Shown: piece after piece, positions 1-9,192 of the stretch
Layout of the letters: every line of letters starts with the position of its first letter
How positions within the stretch are numbered: position 1 is the stretch's first letter
Source of the DNA: Nitrospinota bacterium
Lineage (GTDB): Bacteria > UBA8248 > JACPRG01 > G963555815
DNA: 55,739 bases
NCBI GenBank assembly: GCA_046758845.1
Contig: JBHIBA010000002.1
Location: forward strand, 1-55,739
Reading direction: 5' to 3'
Made by a program: the position numbers and the translations under genes
The notes under the pieces: model-generated
Database searches by the model: none
What the model saw: the letters and a program-made list of their open reading frames with translations, nothing else
Told to the model about the DNA's origin: nothing

Positions 1-468
1 GGGAACAAGTCCGACGCCAATGTCTTGATCGGCCGGGGGGCGGGATCGCTGCCGACAGGCGCGGCCGTGGCGGCCGACATCATCGAGATCGCCCGCAACC
101 AGAGAGTAGCGGCCACACGAGGGTCGGGGGCGAGAGTCCCCCTTCTTTCCTATCCGCCCGAAAGCAGAGAAGAAATCCCCATCCGCCCCTTCACGGAGAT
201 CGTAACCTCTTACTACCTGCGCTCCAGGGTGGAAGACCGCCCGGGGGTGCTTTCCGCCATCTCGGGCATCCTGGGCCGCCACGGGATCAGCATCGAATCG
301 GTCATCCAGAAAGGGCGCCGGGAGGGGGGGCACGTCCCCCTGGTCATGATGACGCACGAGGCGTGCGAAAAGGACGTCCAGGCGGCGCTGGGAGAGATCG
401 ATCAACTGGAATTTGTGAACGCCCCCACCATGCTCATCCGCGTGGAATCCGCCGGGGATCAGCAGTGA
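1..468 (+). CDS. hom: Homoserine dehydrogenase, C-terminal fragment (5' end outside the window)
   Basis: The frame of ORF 25..468 stays open to base 1. It contains ...GAGSLPTGAAVAADIIEIARN... followed by an ACT-like regulatory segment (RPGVLSAISGILGRHGISIESVIQ). Its stop overlaps the thrC ATG (TGATG). It sits in a thr/lys gene context. Confidence 0.85.
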   Translation, partial: GNKSDANVLIGRGAGSLPTGAAVAADIIEIARNQRVAATRGSGARVPLLSYPPESREEIPIRPFTEIVTSYYLRSRVEDRPGVLSAISGILGRHGISIESVIQKGRREGGHVPLVMMTHEACEKDVQAALGEIDQLEFVNAPTMLIRVESAGDQQ

Positions 469-1667
469 TGGGCGCTGACCCCCCGATGCCGGCTGTGCCG
501 GGCCGGGGACTTTCTCCGGGCGCGGATCTCTCGGCGGGCGAAAGTCCCTGGCCGGGCGTCATCCAACGATACCGGCGCTTCCTTCCCGTAACGGACGCGA
601 CTCCGGTCATCACATTGCTGGAGGGCAACACCCCGCTCGTTCGGTCTCGCCGCCTCGCGGAGCGCGTGGGACTCAAGTCGCCGGTCTGTCTGAAGCTCGA
701 AGGCGTCAATCCGACCGGTTCATTCAAGGATCGGGGGATGACCCTGGCCGTCTCCAAAGCGGCGGAAGAGGGCGTGCGGGCGGTTCTGTGCGCCTCGACG
801 GGGAATACCTCGGCGTCCGCGGCGGCGTACGCCGCACGGGCGGGGATACAGTCCATCGTCCTGATTCCCCGCGGGAAGACGGCCCTGGGAAAGTTGACCC
901 AGGCGATCATCCATTCGGCCTCCGTGATCCAGGTCGAGGGAAGCTTTGACGACGCCCTGAGCATTGTCAAAACCCTCTCCCGCAACTATCCCATGACGCT
1001 CGTCAACTCTCTGAACCCCTATCGCCTCGAGGGACAAAAGACCGCCGCTTTCGAGGTCTGTGAACAGCTCGGCGGGCGCGCGCCCGACCTCCACTACATC
1101 CCGGTGGGAAACGCCGGAAACATCACGGCCTACTGGATGGGATACCGGCAGTTCTATGAGGAAGGGTTGACCGATTCTCTCCCGCAGATGCGCGGGTGGC
1201 AGGCGGAGGGGGCGGCGCCCATCGTCCTTGGGCACGTGGTGGAACATCCGGAGACGTTCGCGTCAGCCATCCGGATCGGCAACCCGGCCAACTGGAAAAT
1301 GGCGGTTTCCGCGGCGGAGGAATCGCAGGGCCGCATCGACATGGTTTCCGACGAGGAGATCCGGGCGGCTTACCGGCTGCTGGCCGCGACGGAAGGAATT
1401 TTCTGCGAGCCGGCTTCGGCGGCCTCGGTGGCGGGCTTGATCAAGGACGCCGCCGCCTCAAGGCTCCCTCCGGAGGCGGACGTCGTCTGCACCCTCACCG
1501 GTCACGGACTCAAAGACCCGGACAGCGTCCTCCGGATGAGCAAAAAACCGGCCACCGTCGAGGCGACCGTCGAAGCCGTGGCGGCCCTTCTGTGTCTGGA
1601 GGAGGAGTTCGGAGAGTCGCGGAAGACGGGCCAAGCCGGGGGTGCGGCCCAGAGGTCGTCACCATGA
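468..1667 (+). CDS. thrC: Threonine synthase
   Basis: Contains LLEGNTPLV and the PLP-lysine motif NPTGSFKDRGM. ATG 468 overlaps the hom stop. The upstream part of ORF 363..1667 lies inside hom and is discounted. Confidence 0.9.
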   Translation: MGADPPMPAVPGRGLSPGADLSAGESPWPGVIQRYRRFLPVTDATPVITLLEGNTPLVRSRRLAERVGLKSPVCLKLEGVNPTGSFKDRGMTLAVSKAAEEGVRAVLCASTGNTSASAAAYAARAGIQSIVLIPRGKTALGKLTQAIIHSASVIQVEGSFDDALSIVKTLSRNYPMTLVNSLNPYRLEGQKTAAFEVCEQLGGRAPDLHYIPVGNAGNITAYWMGYRQFYEEGLTDSLPQMRGWQAEGAAPIVLGHVVEHPETFASAIRIGNPANWKMAVSAAEESQGRIDMVSDEEIRAAYRLLAATEGIFCEPASAASVAGLIKDAAASRLPPEADVVCTLTGHGLKDPDSVLRMSKKPATVEATVEAVAALLCLEEEFGESRKTGQAGGAAQRSSP

Positions 1668-2860
1668 AGTACGTCCTTCTCATCGGCGGCGGGATGGCCG
1701 ACGAGGCCCTGGAGGTCCTGGAGAACCGCTCTCCCCTGGAAGCGGCGGACGTTCCCCACCTGGACCGGATCGCCGCGGCGGGCCGCACGGGGCTGATCCA
1801 GACCATCCCGGCCGGCCTGGAACCCGCTGCGGAGGTGGCCGTCGCCACTTTTCTCGGCTTAAGCCCCGCAGACTGCCGCCTGGCGCGCGGACCCCTCGAG
1901 GCCTTCGGGATTGGGCTCAAACCTGAGGGCGACCGCCTGGCCCTGCGGTTCAACCTGGTTCACCTGTTCACCGACTATCAGCATCTGATCCTGGCGGACC
2001 ATACTGCGGGCATCGAGAGCGACGAGGAGGCCCGGCCTTTCGTCGAGGCGCTGGAAAAAGACCTGGGCGGAGACGAACTCGAGTTCCTTCACGTAGGCGA
2101 GTATCGGGGGCTCATGCTCTGGAGGGGCGGACCCGACGGTATCGGGCTCACGCCGCCCGATCAGATGCTGGGCGCCGAGGTAGGAGCGAACATGCCGAAA
2201 GGGGAGGGGAGCCGGAAGCTTCACCAGATTTACAACGACGCCCAAATGGTGCTCAGAGCCCATCCCCTCAACGACCAACGGAGCCGCTCGGGCCAAACCA
2301 CCGTCAACAGCATCTGGGCCTTCGGCGCGGCGCGCCCCGCCCACCCGGCCCCCTGCGAGGAGACGTTCTCCCAAAAATGGGGCCTGCGAGCGGGAATCCT
2401 CGCGAAGGCCGCCGCCCTCAAGGGCCTGGCCTCCGCCTGCGGGATGGACCGGGTGCAAGCCCCCCCGGGCGGCCTGTCTGCGGAGGCTTGGGCGGACGCC
2501 GCTTTGGACTATCTTCGCGGCGCCGACCTCCTTTTCGTTCACTGCGACGCCGGAGACAGGGCCGCCCACCGGATGGACGCGGAGGGCAAGCTCCAGGCCG
2601 TCGAGCGGTTCGATTCCCTCGCCGGGGCGCTGTGGGACCGATTGGGCTCTTTGGGGGAGTCCCGCCTGGCTGTGTTGTCCGACCACCGGACGAGCCCCCT
2701 GGACGGCAAACACGCCTCCGCGCCTGTCCCGATCGCCATCTGCGGCGATGGCATCGAGAGAGATCGGCCGAAGGAATATGACGAGCGCCTTTTGGTCCGG
2801 GGAAGCCTGCGCATCACGGACGGCCGCCGGCTTCTGAAGCACGTTCTCGAAGGCGGCTGA
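1664..2860 (+). CDS. Cofactor-independent phosphoglycerate mutase-like metalloenzyme (apgM clade; proposed non-canonical homoserine kinase)
   Basis: Starts MKYVLLIGGGMADEAL...SPLEAADVPHLDRIAAAG. C-terminal metal motifs are FVHCDAGDRAAH and LSDHRTSP...KHASAPVPI. There is an ATGA overlap with the thrC stop. The real start is at 1664 inside ORF 1196..2860. Confidence 0.75.
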   Translation: MKYVLLIGGGMADEALEVLENRSPLEAADVPHLDRIAAAGRTGLIQTIPAGLEPAAEVAVATFLGLSPADCRLARGPLEAFGIGLKPEGDRLALRFNLVHLFTDYQHLILADHTAGIESDEEARPFVEALEKDLGGDELEFLHVGEYRGLMLWRGGPDGIGLTPPDQMLGAEVGANMPKGEGSRKLHQIYNDAQMVLRAHPLNDQRSRSGQTTVNSIWAFGAARPAHPAPCEETFSQKWGLRAGILAKAAALKGLASACGMDRVQAPPGGLSAEAWADAALDYLRGADLLFVHCDAGDRAAHRMDAEGKLQAVERFDSLAGALWDRLGSLGESRLAVLSDHRTSPLDGKHASAPVPIAICGDGIERDRPKEYDERLLVRGSLRITDGRRLLKHVLEGG

Positions 2861-2956
2861 GGGGCGGCGACGCTCGGGGAGAAGAGCCGGATGCGATTCA
2901 GGTGTGTTATCATCTGAATCTGCTAGGGGTTTGCGTCACCGGGGACCGAAGAGAAA

Positions 2957-4189
2957 ATGGCGCTTATCGTCCAAAAGTACGGGGGAACGTCGGTCGGGGA
3001 CCCGGACAGGATCCGAAGTGCAGCCAGGCGCGTCGGCCGCGCGCTGGAGGGAGGGCATCGAGTGGTGGTGGTGGTCTCGGCCATGGCCGGCGAGACCGAC
3101 AAGCTGCTCGGGCTGGCCCGGTCGCTGGCCGAGTTTCCCGATCAGCGCGAGGTGGACTCTCTCCTTTCCTCGGGCGAGCGCGTGACCAGCTCGCTCCTGA
3201 CCATCGCCTTGATCGACGCGGGTTACCCGGCGAAGTCATTCACCGGCCTGCGCACCGGCATCCTGACGACGGGCAATCATACCGATGCTCGAATCCGGAC
3301 CGTCGTGGCCGATGAGATCGTCAAGGCCCTGGAGGAAGGCCGGGTGCCCGTTGTGGCCGGCTTTCAAGGGGTGGACGAGAAGCGCAACGTCACCACACTC
3401 GGCCGCGGGGGCTCGGACCTGACGGCCGTCGCGATGGCGGCCGCCTTGCAAGCGGACCGTTGCCAGATCTACACCGACGTGACGGGCGTGTTCACGGCCG
3501 ACCCCCGCATCGTCCCGGAAGCGCGCAAGCTGAACCGCCTGTCGTACGACGAAATGCTGGAGATGGCCGGCCTGGGCGCCAAGGTGCTCCAAGGACGGTC
3601 GGTGGAATTCGCCAAGAAATACAACGTGGAGATGGAAGTCCGGTCTTCGTTCACAGACGAGGAAGGAACATTGGTGACGCGAGAAGACGAAGGAATGGAA
3701 CGGGTCGTGGTTTCGGCCGTCAACTGCGACCGGAGCCAGGCTCAGGTAACCCTGGAGGGGATTCACGACCAGCCGGGGATCGCCGGAAAACTCTTTGGCG
3801 ACCTGGCGGAGGCCGGAATCGTGGTGGACATGATCGTCCAAAACATTGGATCGCACGGAAAGGCCGACATCTCTTTCACCGTTCCGACGGATTCTCTGCC
3901 GCTCACGCGGAAGGTCATGGAGACGACGGGCCGGGACCTGGGGGCGAGTGCCGTTCGCACCAATGATCAGATCGCCAAGGTCTCCATCGTCGGCATAGGG
4001 ATGAAGAGCCATTCCGGCATCGCCGCCAGGATGTTCCAGGCCCTGGCCGATGACGGAATCAACATCTTGATGATCAGCACTTCGGAGATCCTGGTTTCGT
4101 GTGTCGTGGACTCCAAGTACGCCGAGTTGGCGGTCCGGACTCTGCACGAAATTTTCGGCCTGGCGCAAAGCTCGGACATCCCGGCCTGA
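2957..4189 (+). CDS. lysC: Aspartate kinase (monofunctional, two C-terminal ACT domains)
   Basis: N-terminus [14 protein letters not shown], plus [14 protein letters not shown] and C-terminal ACT repeats. An in-frame internal ATG lies at 3695 (see findings). Confidence 0.95.
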   Translation: MALIVQKYGGTSVGDPDRIRSAARRVGRALEGGHRVVVVVSAMAGETDKLLGLARSLAEFPDQREVDSLLSSGERVTSSLLTIALIDAGYPAKSFTGLRTGILTTGNHTDARIRTVVADEIVKALEEGRVPVVAGFQGVDEKRNVTTLGRGGSDLTAVAMAAALQADRCQIYTDVTGVFTADPRIVPEARKLNRLSYDEMLEMAGLGAKVLQGRSVEFAKKYNVEMEVRSSFTDEEGTLVTREDEGMERVVVSAVNCDRSQAQVTLEGIHDQPGIAGKLFGDLAEAGIVVDMIVQNIGSHGKADISFTVPTDSLPLTRKVMETTGRDLGASAVRTNDQIAKVSIVGIGMKSHSGIAARMFQALADDGINILMISTSEILVSCVVDSKYAELAVRTLHEIFGLAQSSDIPA

Positions 4190-4250
4190 AGGCCCTTGCC
4201 GAGCCGGGGGAGACGCCGCCAACGGGGTCGTCAACCCCTTTGAGGGACCC

Positions 4251-5879
4251 ATGAAGCCGCAGATAGCCCTTTATGATTGCCTCCTTCGAGACGGCACGCA
4301 GGCAGAGGAGATCGCCTTTTCCGTCGAGGACAAGATCCGCATCGCCGAGAAGCTGGACGATCTGGGGATTGACTACATCGAAGGAGGGTGGCCGGGCTCA
4401 AATCCCAAGGACATGGAGTTCTTTGCGGCCGGAAAGAGGCTCAAGCTGAGCCACGCCCGTCTTGCGGCCTTCGGCAGCACGCGGCGCGCCGGGAACCGCA
4501 CCTCGGAGGACCCCAACATCCGGGCCCTGATCCGAGCGGAGACCCCCGTCATCACGATCTTCGGGAAGTCGTGGGACTTCCACGTCCAGCGGGCCCTGAG
4601 GACGAGCCTGGCCAAGAATTTAGAATTGATTCAGGACTCGGTGGCTTATTTGAAAAGACGTTGCGATGAGTTGATCTACGACGCCGAGCATTTCTTCGAC
4701 GGATTCCGGGTGAATCCCGAATACGCCCTGGAAACGCTGCGCGCGGCCGAGGCCGGCGGAGCGGAATGCATCGTCCTTTGCGACACCAACGGCGGGTCCC
4801 TTCCTTCTCAGATCATCAAAGGGTTTGACGCCGCCCGGCGGACCGTTTCCTCCCCGTTGGGGATTCACACCCACAACGATTCAGAGCTGGCGGTGGCCAA
4901 CACCCTGGCGGCTGTAGAGCGGGGGGCCGTTCACGTCCAGGGGTGCGTCAACGGCTACGGCGAGCGATGCGGGAACGCGAACCTCATTTCCGTCATCTCA
5001 GACCTCCAACTCAAGATGGGCCATCGGTGCGTGACGCCGGCGCAACTGCGCGGCTTTCGCGAGGTCTCTCACTTCGTGGACGAATTGGCCAACCGCAAGC
5101 CCGACACCCACCAGCCCTTCGTGGGCAACAGCGCCTTCGCCCACAAAGGGGGCGTCCACGTCCAGGCCGTGCTGCGTGACGCCCGCACCTACGAGCACCT
5201 GGACCCCCAGCTGATTGGTAACCGCCGTAGGGTCCTCGTCTCCGACCTCTCCGGGCGAGGAAACGTGGTGTACAAGGCGCGGGAGTTCGGGATCGACCTC
5301 GACACGGACGACCCCGAGACGCGGCAGATCCTCCAGGAGTTGAAGGATCTCGAAAACCAGGGCTACCAGTTCGAGGCCGCGGAAGGCTCCTTTGAGCTTC
5401 TCATGAAAAAGGCCAAGGGAGAGCGGAAGAAGTTTTTCGATCTCGTCGGGTTCCGCGTGACGGTCGAGAAGTTGAGCGAGCATGAGCCCGCCCGCGCGGA
5501 GGCGACCATTCAGGTCTCGGTGCGCGGCGTGCTGGAGCACACAGCGGCCGAGGGCAACGGTCCGGTGGACGCCTTGAACAACGCGCTGCGCAAGGCGCTG
5601 GAGAAGTTCTACCCGGTTCTGTCCGAAGCCGAGCTGATCGACTACAAGGTGCGGATTCTCAACGAAACGACCGCGACCCGGGCGACGACGCGCGTCCTCA
5701 TCGCATCGACCGACCACGAATCCACGTGGGGCACGGTCGGGGTCTCTCCGAACATCATCGAGGCTTCCTGGGAAGCCCTGGTAGACAGCTTTGAGTACAA
5801 GTTGCAGAAGGGAACGCCGAAGCCCCCGAAGGGCGCCCGGCAGGCCCGGAAAAAGCGGCCTGCGAAGGCGAAGGCCTGA
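4251..5879 (+). CDS. cimA: Citramalate synthase (LeuA-related, CimA type)
   Basis: Contains [38 protein letters not shown] and a long LeuA-dimer-like C-terminal domain. It is adjacent to lysC, as in organisms that use the citramalate route to isoleucine. The ATG at 4251 lies inside ORF 4101..5879. Confidence 0.8.
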   Translation: MKPQIALYDCLLRDGTQAEEIAFSVEDKIRIAEKLDDLGIDYIEGGWPGSNPKDMEFFAAGKRLKLSHARLAAFGSTRRAGNRTSEDPNIRALIRAETPVITIFGKSWDFHVQRALRTSLAKNLELIQDSVAYLKRRCDELIYDAEHFFDGFRVNPEYALETLRAAEAGGAECIVLCDTNGGSLPSQIIKGFDAARRTVSSPLGIHTHNDSELAVANTLAAVERGAVHVQGCVNGYGERCGNANLISVISDLQLKMGHRCVTPAQLRGFREVSHFVDELANRKPDTHQPFVGNSAFAHKGGVHVQAVLRDARTYEHLDPQLIGNRRRVLVSDLSGRGNVVYKAREFGIDLDTDDPETRQILQELKDLENQGYQFEAAEGSFELLMKKAKGERKKFFDLVGFRVTVEKLSEHEPARAEATIQVSVRGVLEHTAAEGNGPVDALNNALRKALEKFYPVLSEAELIDYKVRILNETTATRATTRVLIASTDHESTWGTVGVSPNIIEASWEALVDSFEYKLQKGTPKPPKGARQARKKRPAKAKA

Positions 5880-5884
5880 GGGAG

Positions 5885-6811
5885 ATGGGAGCTTCGCCAT
5901 CGTTTCAGGCAGTGATCCTTCAGCTCGAGAGATACTGGGCCGATTTCGGGTGCGTGATCCAGCAGCCCTACGACATCGAGGTCGGGGCGGGCACCATGAA
6001 CCCCGCCACCTTTCTGCGGGTTTTGGGTCCGGAGCCCTGGAAGGTGGCTTACGTGGAGCCCTCCAGGCGCCCCACCGACGGCCGCTACGGCGAGAACCCC
6101 AACCGTCTCCAGCACTACTATCAATACCAGGTGATCCTGAAACCGTCTCCTTTGGAGGCTCAGCAGATCTACCTGGACAGCCTGGTGGCGCTGGGAATCG
6201 ACCCCCTGGAGCACGACATCCGTTTCGTCGAGGACGACTGGGAGTCCCCCACGCTGGGGGCCTGGGGGCTCGGCTGGGAGGTGTGGCTGGACGGGATGGA
6301 GATCACCCAGTTCACGTACTTCCAGCAAGCGGGGGGAATTGACCTGAAGCCCGTATCGCTGGAGCTCACGTATGGCCTGGAGCGAATAGCGATGTACCTC
6401 CAGGGCGTGGGGAACGTTTACGACCTCACGTGGACGGAGGGCATCCGCTACGGCGACGTGCATCACTGGACCGAGGTCGAGTTCTCCCGCTACAACTTCG
6501 AGTCCGCCGACGTCAAGACCTACCTGGAGCTGTTCAACCTTCACGAGGCCGAGGCGCTGCGGCTGTTGGGGGAGGACCTGGTTCTTCCGGCCTACGACCA
6601 CTGCCTGAAGTGCTCCCACGCGTTCAACGTCCTGGACGCCCGCGGGGCGCTCAGCGTATCGGAGCGAACGGCCTACATCGCGCGCATCCGCAAGATCGCC
6701 CGGCGCGTGGCCGAGGGCTACATCCAGGCCCGGGAGAACATGGGATTCCCCTTGGCGGCGGCCCAAGCCGACGTCGCCGTCTCAGCCTCATCCGATGGCC
6801 GGGACCGATAA
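5885..6811 (+). CDS. glyQ: Glycyl-tRNA synthetase alpha subunit
   Basis: Contains [39 protein letters not shown], which is typical of GlyQ. Confidence 0.95.
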   Translation: MGASPSFQAVILQLERYWADFGCVIQQPYDIEVGAGTMNPATFLRVLGPEPWKVAYVEPSRRPTDGRYGENPNRLQHYYQYQVILKPSPLEAQQIYLDSLVALGIDPLEHDIRFVEDDWESPTLGAWGLGWEVWLDGMEITQFTYFQQAGGIDLKPVSLELTYGLERIAMYLQGVGNVYDLTWTEGIRYGDVHHWTEVEFSRYNFESADVKTYLELFNLHEAEALRLLGEDLVLPAYDHCLKCSHAFNVLDARGALSVSERTAYIARIRKIARRVAEGYIQARENMGFPLAAAQADVAVSASSDGRDR

Positions 6812-6872
6812 TCTTTTCCCTGCTCCCTGCCTTTGCTGCCAATTGAAACGAGCCGACCGCGTTCTGTAAAGC

Positions 6873-9023
6873 ATGCCCGCTGACGAGCTTTTCCTTGAAA
6901 TCGGGACTGAGGAGATCCCCTCGAGGTTCCTCCCGCGGGCCTTGGAAGACCTTCGCCGCCTGGCGGAAAAAATGTTCCGCGACGCGCGAATCTCCCACGG
7001 CTCGATCCGAACCCTCGGAACGCCGCGCCGCCTGGCCCTGGTCGCATCCGAAGTGGCGGAGGCGCAGCGGTCCCTTGAGCAGCGCGTGACGGGTCCCGCT
7101 CGGCGGGTCGCTTACGACGAGTCGGGCGCGCCCACGAAGGCGGGGGAGGGCTTTGCCAGAAGCCAGGGGGTGTCGGTCGAGGCGCTGGAAATCGTCGAGA
7201 CCGACAAAGGAGAATACGTGGCCGCCCTCAAGAAAGAGGAAGGCCGAAAGACGCAGGAGGTCCTCCGGGAGTCGTTGCCGACCCTCATCCAAAAGTTGAC
7301 CTTCCCGAAGTCCATGCGGTGGGGATGCGGTGAGTTGCGTTTCGCCCGTCCGATTCACTGGATCGTGGCGCTCTATGGCGGGGGCGTGATTCCCTTCGAG
7401 CTGGGGGGGATCGCGAGCGGCAGGAAGTCCCGCGGGCATCGGTTCATGGCGCCCGAGGATTTTGAGGTCAAAGACTTCACGCAATACGTCAAAGAAACCC
7501 GGGAACACTTTGTGATCGCTGACCCTGAGGGGCGAATCGCCCGGATACGGCAGATCTCCGAAGCCGCCGCGTCGGAAGTGGGCGGGAAGATCCTCCGGGA
7601 CGACGAGTTGCTTGAGGAAGTCGCCGGTCTGGTGGAATACCCCACCGCTCTTCCGGGCCGCATCGAAACCGAATTCCTGAAGCTTCCGCGGGAAGTCCTC
7701 ATCACCTCCATGAAGCATCACCAACGCTATTTCTCGGTCATCGACGGCAAGGGGGCGCTCTTGCCCCATTTCGTTGCCATCAGCAATACCCGGGCGGCGG
7801 ACCCGGAGGTCGTGCGCAGAGGCAACGAGCGCGTCCTTCGGGCACGATTGGCGGATGCCGAGTATTTCCACCGCGAGGACGCGAAGCGGCCCCTTGAAAC
7901 TTACGTTGAATCATTAAAAAACGTCATTTTTCAAAAGGATCTTGGCACATCCTTCGAGAAAGTTGAGAGGATCGTGGCCCTCTCCGGGTGGCTGGCCGAA
8001 AAGTTGGCGCCGGGGCAGAAGACCCTGACGAACAGGGCTGCGTGGCTCTGCAAGGCCGACCTGGAAACCCAGATGGTTTACGAGTTTCCCGAGCTTCAGG
8101 GGATCATGGGCAGGGAGTACGCGCGCCTCTCGGGGGAGGACGGGGAAGTCTGCCGCGCCATCGACGAACACTACAGGCCGCGGAGTGCGGAGGACGGTTA
8201 TCCCTCGGCGGGGCCGGCGGCGTTTGTGGGCATCGCCGACAAGCTCGACACCCTCGTGGGTTACGTCGGCCTGGGTCAGCTCCCCTCCGGCTCGGAGGAC
8301 CCGTTCGGCCTGAGGCGTGCGGCCCGAGGCGTCCTGGGGACGATCCAGGAGCACGGCTACCGCCTCAATCTTTTGGAATTGATCCAACAGGCCGTGGAAC
8401 CCTTAGCTGAGCGATTAAAGATCCCCCAGCCGGGCGACCTCGTATCTAAAGTTTCGGAGTTCCTGATCTCGCGCCTGGAGAACCTTTTTCTCGCAGATGG
8501 ATTCAGGGCCGATCTGATTCGGGCGATCCTGGAAGCGAAAACCGGGAGCCGGGACATTGTGGACGCCAGGAAGCGGCTTGAGGCGATCTCCTCGATCTCC
8601 CAAGAAAAGGACTTCGAGCCGCTGACAACGACATTCAAAAGGGTTATGAACATAATCCCTGATGAAAAGCAGGAGAAGATTGGATTTGACCACTTCAAGG
8701 CCGTCAAAGAGCAGCAACCGCGTGACAGATATCGCATAGACCTGCTGCATGAGGATTCTGAACTCGCGCTGCACACGGCCTATCGGGATCGGGCGGGGAA
8801 GATCGAGGAATTGCTGGCAAAGGAGAATTACACCGATGCCCTCCGCGAGATCGCGGCCCTTCGCCCGGTTGTGGACACTTTCTTCGACGACGTCCTCGTG
8901 ATGAGCGAGGATCAGGCCCTTCGGGGAAACCGCCTGGGCCTGCTGTCTTCGATCGGAGCGTTGTTCGCCCAGGTGGCCGATTTCCGGAAGATCGTCTCAC
9001 CTCAATCGGGAAGTCGCGGTTGA
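6873..9023 (+). CDS. glyS: Glycyl-tRNA synthetase beta subunit
   Basis: 716 aa, directly after glyQ. N-terminus LFLEIGTEEIPSRFL, plus FPKSMRWG and RYFSV motifs. Confidence 0.95.
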   Translation: MPADELFLEIGTEEIPSRFLPRALEDLRRLAEKMFRDARISHGSIRTLGTPRRLALVASEVAEAQRSLEQRVTGPARRVAYDESGAPTKAGEGFARSQGVSVEALEIVETDKGEYVAALKKEEGRKTQEVLRESLPTLIQKLTFPKSMRWGCGELRFARPIHWIVALYGGGVIPFELGGIASGRKSRGHRFMAPEDFEVKDFTQYVKETREHFVIADPEGRIARIRQISEAAASEVGGKILRDDELLEEVAGLVEYPTALPGRIETEFLKLPREVLITSMKHHQRYFSVIDGKGALLPHFVAISNTRAADPEVVRRGNERVLRARLADAEYFHREDAKRPLETYVESLKNVIFQKDLGTSFEKVERIVALSGWLAEKLAPGQKTLTNRAAWLCKADLETQMVYEFPELQGIMGREYARLSGEDGEVCRAIDEHYRPRSAEDGYPSAGPAAFVGIADKLDTLVGYVGLGQLPSGSEDPFGLRRAARGVLGTIQEHGYRLNLLELIQQAVEPLAERLKIPQPGDLVSKVSEFLISRLENLFLADGFRADLIRAILEAKTGSRDIVDARKRLEAISSISQEKDFEPLTTTFKRVMNIIPDEKQEKIGFDHFKAVKEQQPRDRYRIDLLHEDSELALHTAYRDRAGKIEELLAKENYTDALREIAALRPVVDTFFDDVLVMSEDQALRGNRLGLLSSIGALFAQVADFRKIVSPQSGSRG

Positions 9024-9192
9024 CGCCGGGCCGGGTGTCCGCCTGTCTTCGACCGATGAGACATCTTCGGGGAATGAGTCGCCCGGAAACGGAGTTGAAC
9101 GGGGAAGGCGTTCAGGAATCAATCCCAAATCGCGATTGGGCCATGCACCCAAGGGGTCGCTGAAGACGGGGCGAAAGGAGCAAGGAAACGAG

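Noticed and set aside
363-467. N-terminal extensions of several track ORFs that reach into the preceding gene. Examples are 363-467 for thrC, 1196-1663, 4101-4250, 15991-16143, 18461-18607, 27491-27724, 27873-28100, 37863-38171 and 49406-49468.
   Set aside because: The conserved protein N-termini, Shine-Dalgarno-like sequences and 4-nt stop/start overlaps all place the real starts downstream. The extensions are merely open frame inside the upstream gene.
2861-2956. A possible lysine riboswitch or attenuator upstream of lysC; a 7-bp GATTCAG/CTGAATC hairpin is present.
   Set aside because: The spacer is only 96 nt, while a lysine riboswitch aptamer needs about 180 nt. No conserved L-box strings are visible. 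The hairpin has no U-tract.
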